A stretch of 64,000 bases of DNA, taken from positions 17,397,101-17,461,100 of the forward strand of contig NC_134025.1 of the NCBI RefSeq assembly GCF_964204645.1, written 5' to 3'. The notes beneath the pieces were generated by a model. The model saw only the letters and a list, made by a program, of their open reading frames with translations. It made no database searches and was not told where the DNA came from. Below, in pieces: positions 13,121-26,325 of this stretch (the first letter of the stretch is position 1; each line of letters starts with the position of its first letter). The DNA comes from Tubulanus polymorphus. Taxonomy: Eukaryota; Animalia; Nemertea. A program made the position numbers and the translations under genes.

Positions 13121-14344
13121 TGACGTCAGATTACATCCGGTTTGAAGTTTATGGTGAAATCGGAAGTAGAATTAGGCCTATGTCGTGCTAAAATCCAGCA
13201 GCCCATTAACTATACAATAAGGCAATTTATGGACCAGGTTATTTCAGAGTTCATTAATTTTATGAAATTTCGAACAAGATTGGGTCGATGAATAGTTTAA
13301 CAATGAACCGCGTTGATCGAACGAGTTGAAAATAGCTGAAATTCCCTTAGCAACGGGAGCAAATTCATAATAACAAACACGCCCGGGTTCAGCATCGCGC
13401 ACCACAGTTTCGAATCCTGGAGAATTACGCGTGCAGCAGTCAACCCCAGCCACAGGACTGAAATACGTAATTATTATTTGTTTAAATTAAATGACCGGAT
13501 TGGCACGGTCTCGCTCCGAGCAGCAGCAACATCACGGTCGGCAAAAACATTAGCCTCCGCCCCTTTCACCAAATAAGGAATTCGGTACTGCTGCTGGCGA
13601 TGAGCACTGCTTATTTTGAGCTGTAGATTCCCGGTACTCGATATTCCGGAGGATTAAAAACAAATGAATATTTTTCGCAACGGTTTTTTTTTAACCGCGT
13701 ACATGCCTATTCCATTTTTTTTCACTTAGAATGTACGTAATTAAGAAATGCGTTGTAATATTTTCGTCTTCCTTCTATTTTCAAATGGAGCTTATTTCTA
13801 AATTTACTACCGGGTCAAAATTCTTCTATCTTGCAAATCCCTCTCAGTTTCACCATAGAGTACATTATGGTTTCAAGGTTAGGGAGCATCTCAAAATTTC
13901 AATAGTTCCCTCAATTAGAATAACTGTCTAAATGGTTTTATTGATTTTCTTATGAGAGACCACAGAAAAATAAATTAGCAAAATTAAAAGTGGAAAACCT
14001 ATTTAACTCTAATAGACTTTATAAACAAAATCAAATAGGCCTATAGGCCCTATTTAAACAACCAAAGCATATAGGCCTAAGAGACGGCAAAATCTACTAC
14101 TTGTAATATATATATTTGAAACTGCAATTCAATGTTATCTTTATTGCACTGCAATAAATCGATAGTTCGGCAGTCGCGATGAATCCGCGGAAGACCTCAA
14201 CCCCCACCCCCTTCCGCGAGTTATTCTAATTGAAGTAACTTCGAAATTTTGAGATGCTCCCTTACCGTACCATTAGAAAATTCTTAATCCACTTAATTTA
14301 AATCAAATTAGTAATCTTTTAGCAGACAGTGGTAAAGAGACCTA

Positions 14345-14999
14345 CCGTATTTTCTGGTGTATAAGTTCAGTTTTTGAGACCAAAAATCATGTCCAAAAAA
14401 CGTAGGTCGACTTATACACCGGCTACACTTTTGATATTGTTTTAAACTGACGATGTTTCGAGTTCAAGGTCGCCATGATGAAATGGAATATTAATTTATG
14501 TTAGGCTACACTCATATACCAATTAGAATTTAGGATGTTGATAAAAATAGTTTCTTATAGTTTGGAAATGTTTCAAAATTAACTAATGTTAAAAATCAAA
14601 GAGAAAGAAAACCGTGTATATTCATTGTACAGTGTTTATATGAGCTGCGATGCTGTGGCACGTGCCAATAATCAATACACAGTCAGTCTAATACTAGACT
14701 ACAGGCGCGCGGCATTCAACGTATACACTATACATTCAACACGTGGATACAAACAATGAGCACTAATCCAGTAATTTAATATCAGAAACAACAGATCCAA
14801 ATGATCTAATAATACAAACAGTGGTAAAGACTCTCAACTACTATGAGAATGACATCGGCAATGTTTTCAATGTGACATATGTAAACACATGAAGAAGCGA
14901 CTCGACTTATACACTGACTATAGCCCTAGCACAACTTTTTAAACTGAAAATTTGACCTCGACTTATACACCAGGTCGACTTGTACACCGGAAAATACGG
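14345..14999. mobile_element. Tc1/pogo (Tigger-like) MITE
   Basis: TA|ccgtattttctggtgtataag ... cttgtacaccggaaaatacgg|TA; internal tcgacttatacac repeats. Confidence 0.85.
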
Positions 15000-16192
15000 T
15001 AGGTTATATCTAATTAAGACACTTTTCAAGTTTTTTTCTCGCAGAAAATTTAATTTCATTTGATCTGTTTCCTCATAATTTTCTCATCTTATAAGCCCAA
15101 ATTTCAGAAATGAGTCAACCCAAGAGTTACAGTTCCATCTTCTTTTCCAGCCACCCCTTAACTCTGGTAGGTATGTTCATGTCCGCGCGGGGCGCCACTA
15201 TGGATTGTGACGATGTTTTTACTACGCGTTTTGACATTGCGTAGTAAAATCATTCATAAAACCTGTCTATCAATGCAAATGAGCCAAAATCTTTTGGAAT
15301 CAACCAATAAGATCGATCTTTATCACTTGGGGGTTGGTTTAGAGTATAAATCCACATTTTAGTCGAAGAAAATAGAAATCGAAAAAATACCCTTTTTCAA
15401 GAACAAAATTCGTCAGCTTGGGACCCGGAATAAGAGACGAATCATCAGGAATCGAAAGGTTTAGGACCTTAAAATTCAAAACTGAAAACCCCATGATTTT
15501 ATTTCATGTCGGGGCTGAGCAATCGTTGCCATAACATAAACTAGGGCAAACATAAACTATTGATAACTAGGTATTCTATCCCCTTTATACATCATAACTT
15601 TTGATCTAACATTGATATTTTCATCATTTTACCATTTTTCGGCTGGTTTCCATGGGAACCATATACATTTGGGATCGGATAAATATTTCGGGTCTTTCAA
15701 CTGGCACCTGAAAGTGCTATGAGTGTATTGCTCTTTAAATTTCTAGTGTATCTCTTTTAGTTTAAGAGATATTGAAGTTTGTTTACATGAAATATTGCCT
15801 TCTTAGATTACAGTTTTTGCGTATTGAAACATGAAGACACTTTTCGCTCAAATTTTAAAACTTCAATTTGCGATATCTCGAAAATTACTGAAGATAATTC
15901 ATCTAGAGGACCAACGATCCTGTGATCACGATAGGTAGAACACAATATCCGTGTTGACGCGATGAGGAGAGAATCCCACAATGATAATAAAAAGTCCGAA
16001 AATGAAACTTCGAGATAGTAGTTTATTTCAACGTTTCGACTATATCCTAATAGTCATCTTCAGGAATAATGAGATACTACAGAAATTATGAGATATATAT
16101 ACAATCCAGAGACAAAGAGACTAATTCAAGTAATCAGAGATGATACAAACTAAAGGAAAATTAAATAGAAACAGTTACACGCTAAAATAGAT

Positions 16193-16471
16193 CGGAATCT
16201 TAATCAACGCATAAAAGAGCATAAATTAGATGTAAAAAACTTTAAACCTGAAAGCGGAGTTGCTAGTCATGTTTTTCAGACTTCACACAATTTTGATTTT
16301 GCTAATGCTGAATTAGTTTACCCTTGCAGCGATAAAACTAGAAGACATATTTTGGAATCTGCATTAATTATTGAAAATTCGAACAACGTTGTAAACCTTA
16401 ACAATGGTTTTTCACCCCATAATAAACTTATATCAAAATTCCTCTGTAAACTGGTTAAACTCAACACTTGA
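16193..16471 (+). pseudogene. Penelope GIY-YIG endonuclease C-terminal fragment
   Basis: RNLNQRIKEHKLDVKNFKPESGVASHVFQTSHNFDFANAELV...RRHILESALII...VNLNNG. Confidence 0.85.
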
Positions 16472-16769
16472 TTTCCCCTTTGATTATTTGTTATTTGTTC
16501 TCTCATCAATTTCGTCTCTGACTTAACTTGTATTCACCTTTGTTTTAATTTAAGTGCCCCTTAGTTTGTCTTTCTTTTTACTACTGACTTTAAGTTTCAT
16601 TTATATTTATACTCACTATTGTTGTTTATAATCACCCCTTAGTTTGCTTCCCTTTAATCTATTTTAGCGTGTAACTGTTTCTACGTTAATTTTCCTTTAG
16701 TTTGTATCATCTCTGATTACGTGAATTAGTCTCTTTGTCTCTGGATTGTATATATATCTCATAATTTCT

Positions 16770-16825
16770 GTAGTATCTCATTATTCCTGAAGATGACTAT
16801 TAGGATATAGTCGAAACGTTGAAAT
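16770..16825 (+). ncRNA. Minimal hammerhead ribozyme motif in the Penelope pLTR
   Basis: cctgaaga-tgactat-tagg-atatagtc-gaaacgttg: CUGANGA, stem II and GAAA core; inverted copy at 16029-16062. Confidence 0.75.
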
Positions 16826-17467
16826 AAACTACTATCTCGAAGTTTCATTTTCGGACTTTTTATTATCATTGTGGGATTCTCTCCTCAACGATCCTGTGCT
16901 CTCGAGGCAAAGTTTTTTTTATAATATCAATGAAAACATATTACATTGATCATTCATCTGTTCGCTTCACAACTGCCCTGGACACTACGGTGGAACTGGG
17001 CGCCTCAAGACAGTGGTAGGCAGGAACAAATACGTCAGATCGATTTGTTATGGCCGGTTATAGTACAAAAAGATAGACAGACCAATGTATATCACTTTCA
17101 AAGTCTCTTTAGTAATGTGACCGATAATAACTTAAATGAAAATCTAGCCTATGATGAAGTTAACTTCATTCAAAAAAACTTATTTCACTGTATGAAAAAT
17201 GCGCGTATTCATAACGCGAGCATCAACTATGTCACTGTAGTATGTGCAGTGTGAGATACTAGTTATCTGCCAGCGCACGCTTGCCTCGCGTAGTATGGCT
17301 AGACGCCAACAGCTGCTACGCAATACGTCTGCAGTAAATGAATAAACACACGCCACACTGTCATACAACTTAGTGATAATTTCGGTCTGAATGTAAAAAT
17401 TAGGACTTTCAAGGACATTGTCTGCCAACCTTTCAAAGTTTAAGACTCCCACTGATTTTCCCAGCAA

Positions 17468-17900
17468 ACTAGGGGTCCAGGCACACCATGCCCACTTGGG
17501 AAGTGGTGTAAAATGCTCAACAATCTAACAATTTCATCATTCAACGCCCCCTGGTGACCATTTACAAAAACCAATGACCTTGAAACTCACCACAATCATA
17601 GAACATGTCAACAGCTACGATTTTGTAATTGATTGTGATAACAAAATATGCCTCGTTACCAATTTAATATGGAAATACTAAGTCATTCTACTATTCAACG
17701 CCCCCTGGTGACCATATTCAAAACCCAATGACCTCGAAACTCACCACAGTCATAGAACATGTCATGAACTACAACTTTGCAATTGATCATGGTAACAAAA
17801 TATGCCTAGCTACCAATATAATAAGGAAATACTAAGTTATTCTATTATTCAACGCCCCCTGGTGACCATATAGAATAACTAATGGCCTTAAAACTTGCAA
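17468..17900 (-). mobile_element. HINE fragment (one end plus ~2.5 repeat units)
   Basis: aactaggggtccagg start and 154-bp units matching 11836-12270. Confidence 0.8.
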
Positions 17901-18664
17901 CAAGAGAGATAGATAGTAGAAAATCTCTTTTTTCTTTCATTTGACAATTTAAACGAAAAAAAGAGTGTTTAAGACGTGTGTGGCCGCGGCCGCGGCCGTG
18001 TTTCAGACCCTGCCGTACGAAAGTGCAATAGCGCCCGTGAATGGCTGGTTTTTCGAATCGCTCATGATTTCTTACTTACTACGAAAGATTCAATAAAGCA
18101 TTGACCGAGGCGTCCGTCACTTAGATTTCATCTATTAATTACATATAAAGTTTAGTTTCAAACTCAAACTGGTACCTTTTTTAAATTCCGAAGGCCTTAC
18201 TCACTGTTCAATCAATGTCCCGCGTAGGCCTACACTTAATCTCAAAATGTAAATTTGACCACCGAACATCTGCTGACTTAATAATCACAACGCAGGCTAC
18301 AACTGGGGGTGTATTAGTGTCAGGCAACTTTAGGACGTAGGCTACGGCAATATTTCAGGCACTATAAATTAAGACCTGCTGCATAAGGCGTCATAGGCAC
18401 TTGGATTGCGATGCCATATCATCATCACGATATTCGGGCCTCACACGCCATGTGCTGAGCATAAAATGAAAATCGCATGCTACGGAGGTGATGGAATGTC
18501 TAATTAGGCCTCCTACTACGTTTTACTACTGTTGTACCGGTATTTCTTAATCGAAACGATTATTATCGATATGCCGGTATCGATTTGCATAGAAGAGTAA
18601 ACTGAAGTAATATCTCGGTCAAATAACATATGCTATTTGATATATTCACGAGATGATACATCAT

Positions 18665-19005
18665 GCATTAGACTGGTTTTGTTGATTTCAAATCATCTTT
18701 TGACACCATGAACCGGAAAGCACTGATCTTTAAACTGCTTAAGATGTGTTGGGGATAATTTTTTACGCGTTTTACATAACATGTATTCTAAAGTTTCATA
18801 TATGGTTAAATGTAATAACGGCTTTAAGTGCACTCATTAATTCCAATGTTGGTGTAAACCAGGGCTGTGTCGTAAGTCCTCTTCTAACTAATCTTTTACC
18901 CGGGACTTGCCCTCGATTTTTCAAGAATTTGATCTAGTTAGGCTACACGATACAGATCTGAGCTGTCTAATGTATGCAGATGATCTAATGTCTATTTCAT
19001 TATCA
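18665..19005 (+). pseudogene. Degenerate LINE reverse transcriptase fragment
   Basis: GFVDFKSSFDTMNRKALIFKL, GVNQGCVVSPLL and LMYADDL motifs across broken frames. Confidence 0.7.
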
Positions 19006-19006
19006 G

Positions 19007-19262
19007 CCTGTTGCTGAATTTGAGCGAAAAAATAGCTGAATTATGAGCGGAAAATGGGCTGAAAATGAGATGGAAATATGCAGAAAATTGTTGTCTAGCT
19101 GAAAATGAGCTGAAATATGTAGGAATTTATAAGTGCCTGAAAATTCAGCCAGATTTCAGCTCAAATTATGCCTGGCAACAAAAGGCTGAAAATGAGCTGA
19201 AAATGTGCTGGAATTTCAGTGTCTTCTATTTCAGCTCATTTTCAGCTCAAATTCATCCAGAA
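19007..19262. repeat. Direct and inverted gctgaaaatgag repeat cluster (probable DNA-transposon subterminal region)
   Basis: Multiple gctgaaaatgagctgaaa / ttcagctcattttcagc units; starts exactly where the LINE fragment breaks off. Confidence 0.5.
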
Positions 19263-21169
19263 ATCCTGACAATTTTAATCATGTTATCACAAACGAAAAA
19301 ACCTTCACCATCTACACTTGTGTTTTGATGAAATTATGCTTGAAAAAGGAATTTTACATAGGAGCCTCATGATTCATTAGGTATGGTAATGCTCTATAGT
19401 TTGATTTGATTTCAGGAGCCTGTCATGGTCAACATCTGCCGAATGCGCACGCAGTAAGAGGACCTGGCCACAACAATTCAATCCCGACGAGCCTTGGAAG
19501 CGTATTAAATGAGATAAATCAACTGGGACCTTAAGAAAATTATAAAGTATGGCAGTACAAAGAGCAACCTTAGTAGTGACATAGGCTGGCCTAGCCTAAT
19601 AATGGGAATTCTATGTGTAATGATTTAATAAAGATTTTCAAAGTAAAAATTATTCAAGTCTTATTATGATTTTTAGTCTCGACTGTGGGCATTTTTGGGT
19701 TGTGAACCCTGGGTACTGGAATGTAAAAGCCTTATTGCCAATAATCTTCTGAAACGTAATGAGTAGGGATGAAAATATGTGATGCTACCTAGGGTTTGGG
19801 TACTAGGGTTTTCACGAACGCCACGCACCGCAATTTTCATCGCAAATCCTCGAGTACCACCAAATTTGCAAAAAATCTCTGTATACACTAAAATCCACGT
19901 AAATAAGAGGAGGAAGAATCCAGATATAGAGACGTTTAAGTATTATATTGACGCAATATATCAATCTGCAATGAGGTTTTACTATTGGACTGGTTCCCGT
20001 TGCGTAAAAATTGCGAATCACTATCGTGAATACCACACGCAACGCACACTGATTTTCATCGCAAATGGTCTCGCAACCCAATTCATCCACGCAAACTTGC
20101 GTAACGTTAGCGAATAAGGTCCCGGGGCTAAGTTGTAGATATCGATCATGGTGGTCTGTCGCCGGTTTCTATGAGCATAGCTTCGCCATCTGCCACTGTG
20201 ATACAATACTAAGAAATCGATTGTAAGACATCCTCCACATGTTAACTAAGAGCTAATTTTAAAAACTTGCAGGAAATGGGTCAAACCCAGAACAAAGGCT
20301 TCCGACAAAACACACTGAACATAATTCCGTTATTTAATCATCTTCATTTGTTAAACTATTCATTATCAAATAAAACAACATATAAATGAAAAATATAAAT
20401 TATCAAGGCATGAAGGAAAACGAAGATACTGACCTATGTGGTTTGTTTATAGGCAGATGCACCTATGTTAAGTAAACAATGCTGAAAAAATATAAAGAAC
20501 GTATACGATCATAAAAAATCGTTTTTCAGTTGAATTGAAATTTAGCTCACCTTGCAGGAAATGGGTCGTCAAGTGCCATGTTACTGCCCTAAGTGTGATG
20601 GGCTCCTCGTGAATAACAAAACAACATTATGAGTTTTCCGGTTTGCTCGGCTACCCGTACTGGCGGGGTAGTCAAGAGAGGCCAATGAAAACTCCGGTTT
20701 GCTGAACCACCCCTCTTTGCGGGGATGCGGTATGATGTTTGATCTGACAGTTTCAAGTGGTTAATGGCTGTTTCAAGTGCTTACAACGATGCTTATTACT
20801 TCGTGGTACATGGTGGTTTAAAAAAAGATTTCATAATAATACGCTCACCGCGTGGGCTTCGTAGAAAGACCAGTGACCTTCCCAAATTTTAATTGTCCTG
20901 TCCGATTTGGTTTCATCCAATTGAGAGACTGCTTTTTCCAGTTAGGGCATTTTTGGATCACGTCACTCCAGGAAATGACTTAACGCTTTTGGGCCCCTTC
21001 GTCGGTTCCACATGTTTCATTTGAGCTATAGACCACAATGGTGACACCATGATGGTCAGTAACTGACCAATTGAGATATCCCCGAGTCTGAACACTTGAC
21101 TTCGAACTTCGGAAATTTATCATGTAATGTTTGTTTTCAAACTACTAAGGAATCATCATTGCAAATTCA

Positions 21170-21800
21170 TCACTGACCACCGCGTTATGGTGTCAAACTA
21201 GAAAGGATTCGCCATTGAAAATTGATAAAATGACCATCACTGACGACCACGGACCAATTGAAACTTCTTGAAAGAACGATATACCGGTACCGCATTTGGT
21301 GAAACAAGAAAGGATTCGCCATTAAAAATTAATAAATTGGCCATCACTGACCACCACTGACCAATTGAAACTTTTTGAAAGAACGATATACCGGTACCGC
21401 ATTTGGTGAAACAAGGAAGGATTCGCCATTAAAATTCATAATTTGACCATCACTGACCACCACTGACCAATTGAAACTTCTTGAAAGAACGATATACCGG
21501 TACCGCGTTTGGTGTGAAACTAGAAAGGATTCGCCATTAAAAATTAATAAATTGGCCATCACTGACCACCACTGACCAATTGAAACTTCTTGAAAGAACG
21601 GTATACCGGTACCGCATTTGGTGTGAAACTAGAAAGGATTCGCCATTAAAAATTAATAAATTGGCCATCACTGACCACCACTGACCAATTGAAACTTCTT
21701 GAAAGAACGGTATACCGGTACCGCATTTGGTGTGAAACTAGAAAGGATTCGCCATTAAAAATTAATAAATTGGCCATCACTGACCACCACTGCCCAAGTG
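21170..21800. repeat. ~109-bp tandem array (5-6 units) inside E1
   Basis: cactgaccaccactgaccaattgaaacttcttgaaagaacg...ggattcgccattaaaa repeated; only ~2 units at 26880-27120 in E2. Confidence 0.92.
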
Positions 21801-24288
21801 AAACTTCTCAAACATCGTGGTCGAATTCGAAAGTGCTTGTCGTCGTATTGCTATTTCTAGAAACCAGCAGAAAGTTTTGCTACTGTTTTTGAATGGCATT
21901 GACTTGATGGAAATTTATTACCCATAAATGGGTTACACATCTGGATCACAGCACCTCACTTGCCGCAGTGCGTTATTTTCACTGCATAGTAATGCTAATA
22001 CATAAACTTTTTTACTACTTGACTCGAATCATCTGAACAGTACTGCGTTTGAAAACTCAACGAATAGAAAATGTTTGCGGGAAGCGCCTACAAATAAGTT
22101 ATAATAAGATTGATTAATCGATGCATGAAAAACAATTAAATCACAAGGTGACTAACACCCGTCTTTCAACCAATCTGCGCGATACCAATTAATTAAATCA
22201 TTAAACGCATTGGGTTCCTAATATTTGAAATCATGTGATACAATAGTTGTTCTTTAGACTTGGCCACTTTCATTTCAGAAAACCGCGTACTAGACCAGTG
22301 GTCACCGAGGCATTAACCATTCCTTCAAGTTTTGAAAATTCGATGGTAACGCGGATTCTTCGCCTCTAAAAACTGTTTCGTTAATAGTTTTCTTTATATG
22401 AAAAGTGTTCATAGGAATTTAAATTTGGAGTGATATCAGTCACAGCTGTAACCCTTTTTCATTGTCAGTTCTTTTTTGGAATTCAAGTAGATTAGTGAAA
22501 ATATCAATGATGAAGTTCACTTATTATATCAAGTACCGTTTTTACTGTCGCATGCGAGTCGAAACAAAAAGATCTATCCAACTATATATATCTTCGGGTA
22601 TAAACTGTGATATCCTTCAGTATGATATGAATATCTTTAAAAATTTGTGTTCTAGTATAATATCCGAAGGTTTAACTATCGGACACATAAAAGATTCGCC
22701 ATAATCAAAGTTTTTAAGAAAATCTTTCTTCGAGAAAGAAAGATCTTTAAAAGAACGTTTGGCGTCAAACTAATCCATAATGGACTGTTGTGAATTTATT
22801 GAATAATCCACCTGAGAAATTTAAAGATTTCGAAGCGAAATTTATTCATATAAATCAAAAATGTATGAATAACTTGACGTTATTTGCGGGTCTCATGAAA
22901 CACTTTCGTGCGCTCTTTTTAAATCTAAAATAGCATAAATACATGCGTGTTTCGTTGTAAACAAGGTTAAATTCCAAACGCACATGAAATATGGAGCCTG
23001 TATCACACGATATACACATCTTGAATTTTCTCTAACTACGTAGGCCCTTTCCAAATGGGAATTGTTCAGTTTTTTAACGGCCGACATTCAGAGGCACCTA
23101 AAAAACCGGTTGTATAGCACTTGAGATTTTCAGTGTAGGGCACATCTCACATCGACTCGGCTCGCGGTCGGTGGTTTAATGGGAACACATCTGGTTGTTA
23201 CTAGTTTAACAGTTGACGAATTCAGAAAACTTTTTTCAAATGTCTTTGATAACTTTTTAAACATAGTATTCCTCTTAATTACATTTCGCTGATTCCATAG
23301 ATATTTTTTCATGAAAATTGCTCCAGTTATAACGGATTTAAACATACATGTAAAATGATTATTTTCAAAATATTCTATTTTCTCCGATTTTGAAGAAATT
23401 CTGACACAATATCATCTCCATTCGACACATGATTTTACTTCGGCGCCTTTGAAGGGAGTGTCACTTGTTGTTGAGTTCATATTTAGTCAAACAAGAAGAT
23501 ATGCCTGATTCCTTTTTAGAATTTAGATTTCGACGGATATCATCAAATTACTAGAAAGGGACAGCAGCTTTCGGTCATCCGCAAAAAAATACCTAAAATG
23601 CTCTCCTAGGGTTATGGAAAAACATGTCACGAAACATACGGAAAATCCTTTGTTTGGTAGACTGAAATTATTGAAGTCTTAAATAGCAACATTCAGAGAA
23701 ACAAAAACATAAGAATATATTCTCGCCCACCCTTTAAAAAACAACGTGATTTCAATTGAAGATGACACGTAGCTTCATATCAAATGATATGAACGCAACA
23801 GAGCCTATTCATTCTCTTTACGAGGATGGGTCTCCACACTCATAGGATACGATACGAGATTCGTGGGTACGAATGATGAATACAACTGATTAAGCGCCAA
23901 TTTCACTGATTCTTGCACATAAAGGTGTTTTAGAGTAATCTAGTTAACAGGTGTGTTTTAGGAGTATTTTGAATTTAAATTCAAATCGGGGTTCATGACG
24001 AATATTGAGCATTCTAGGGCTGGAGCAAGAAACGTGTGGGATCGTCCGCCAATGGTATCGCCGAAGAAATAATAAGGAGCCAGTCCGTGGTGGCTATTGA
24101 AAGCGACGACCGCATGTGAATGCATTGATTGAATGACATCTCAAAAGTCAGATTATATAAAATTGAACATGATATATGGATAGGTTATTCCATATATACT
24201 GGTAAAAATGATGCCCAATATGTGATATAAATGTTCAATTAAAAAGTAGAAACCGAATCCATAATTCAGTCTGGTATTGTTATAACAT

Positions 24289-25956
24289 AACCTCATCCCG
24301 TCCTGCCAAATAGGTTTCAGGAAAAATGCACGCACTGCTGACCACATTCTGACTCTCAAAGCTATCATAGACAAATATATTAGCAAAACGTGCAAAGGAC
24401 GTCTGTATTGCTGTTTTGTAGATTTCAAGGCTGCATTCGACTCAGTCCACCGGAAAAGCCCTTCTATATAAATTGTTGAAGCTAAAAGTCGGCGGCAACT
24501 TTTTATCAGTACTTGAAAGCCTATTTTCTAATATCTTTTATTCAATCAAGAATGGCAATCTCTGCAGTCCCCCTATCTCCTCCGAAGTCGGTGTTAAACA
24601 AGGCTGCGTTCTCAGCCCCCTTCTCTTTAACCTCTTCATACACGATCTCCCAATAGCTTTAGAAAACTGTGACCCAATCTCTCTCTCCGATGTCGATATT
24701 AATTCCCTTTTATATGCTGATGACCTCGTCATAATATCTAAATCTGCCTCAGGCCTCCAGGCGGCCATCTCAAAACTCCACTCCTACTGCCTCGAATGGG
24801 GTCTTGCTATCAACTTGAACAAGACCAAAGTCATTGTATTCAACAAAAGCGGCCGCCTTCTAAAAAATCAAACATTTCACCTTAATAACGTACCCATTGA
24901 AAACGTAAGCTCGTATTGCTATCTTGGTATTGTATTTAGTATATCTGGCAACTTTAAGAACGCCTGCGACAGACTTGTCGAGCTCGCTAATAAGGCCTTA
25001 TTCAGTGTCAAATCCCTAAACACTCGTGATAATATCACAACATCCCTCAAACTCTTCAACATGTTAGTACTACCTATCCTCACTTACGGTTGCGAAGTAT
25101 GGGGGTCATTCTTTCTTTCTAAAATTGATGAAAACAACTTTCTCGCTATATGTCATTCCCTCCCTGCAGAAAAAAACAGCCCTAAACTTCTACAAATTCA
25201 TTCTAGGTGTAAACAGGAAAACCTCAAATGCGGCAACCAGAGGAGAACTTGGCCGGTTTCCCATTCTCCTGTCTGTCATCCCTCAGCTTATTAATTATTG
25301 GTTCCGTATATGCAAACTCTCCCCCTCCACTCTCATTAGGAAAGCATATATTGACTGCCTGAGTAACTCAACTGTTAACTGGTGCTCGGGCATCAAATTC
25401 ATACTTGACTGCCTCAATCTTGAGAATACCTGGCTGAACCAAGGCTTCAGTCTCCGACCGAGCACAATAAGAACTCTAAAACTACAGTCACAACGCCTTT
25501 ACTCAGACAAATGGCTCCAATTCATCAACGACCCCTCCAATTCTAAACTCCGTAGTTATAAACTTTTCAAAACTGCATTCTACACGGAAAATTACATTAT
25601 GTCCCAGCCCCTCTACATTAGACGGCAATTCACAAAATTAAGAGTTTCTAACCACTCACTTCACATAGAGACTGGTCGTCACATCCGCCCAATTACCCCA
25701 TTGAAAACAGGACCTGTAAGCTCTGCAACTCAAATCAAATTGAGGACGAAAAACATTTCCTTCTCGACTGCACTGCTCTCTCAACAATCCGTACTAAACA
25801 TCTCACCAACATCAATGATATTATCCCTTCCTTCTCAACCCTAAACCCTGATGAACAATTCGCCCTCCTCTTTAATTATAACAATGATTCTGAAATAGGC
25901 AAAGTTGTATGTAACCTGGTAAATGATCTAGCTACCTTTCGTCACAACTCTAATTA
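24289..25956 (+). pseudogene. LINE ORF2 reverse transcriptase plus C-terminal CCHC region, frameshifted
   Basis: QIGFRK, CFVDFKAAFDSV, GVKQGCVLSPLLF, LLYADDL, YCYLG, RGELGRFP, LRVSNHSLHIETGRH, CxxC...EDEKHFLLDC; frameshifts near 25175 and 25700. Confidence 0.92.
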
Positions 25957-26325
25957 AACACGGATACAGATACCGCTTTACTCTGGGTTGAGTGGACTAT
26001 ATAGATACACATGTATGTGTGTGTATATGTGTGTATGTGGATGTATACGTATATGTGTATGTATGTATATTTGTATGTATGTATGTGTATGAATATGTAT
26101 ATATTCATTGTAAGTTTATATATAGGCTGTAGTTAATAAATGTCTAATACTCTTATCCTACTCCATTCATGATACTGTATATATGTTTATAGCCTATTCT
26201 CTGTTACATTAATTATGTTAAAATTTCCTTCTAAACTGCTCCATTATACTGTATTATTTTTGTTTTTTTTCTATTCTCCATGTCTCTTGTTTGTCCTGTC
26301 CACTTTATTGAAAATGTCAATCCAA

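Larger units (their letters stand above)
15925..16885 (+). mobile_element. 5'-truncated Penelope-like retroelement with inverted pLTR
   Basis: GIY-YIG tail, inverted pLTR arms (~15962-16190 vs ~16657-16886), flanking duplication caacgatcctgtg (15912-15924 / 16886-16898). Confidence 0.85.

Noticed and set aside
21170-21800. Regular repeat array as a possible CRISPR
   Set aside because: Whole 109-bp units repeat with no unique spacers, no cas genes are present, and the context is a eukaryotic TE.
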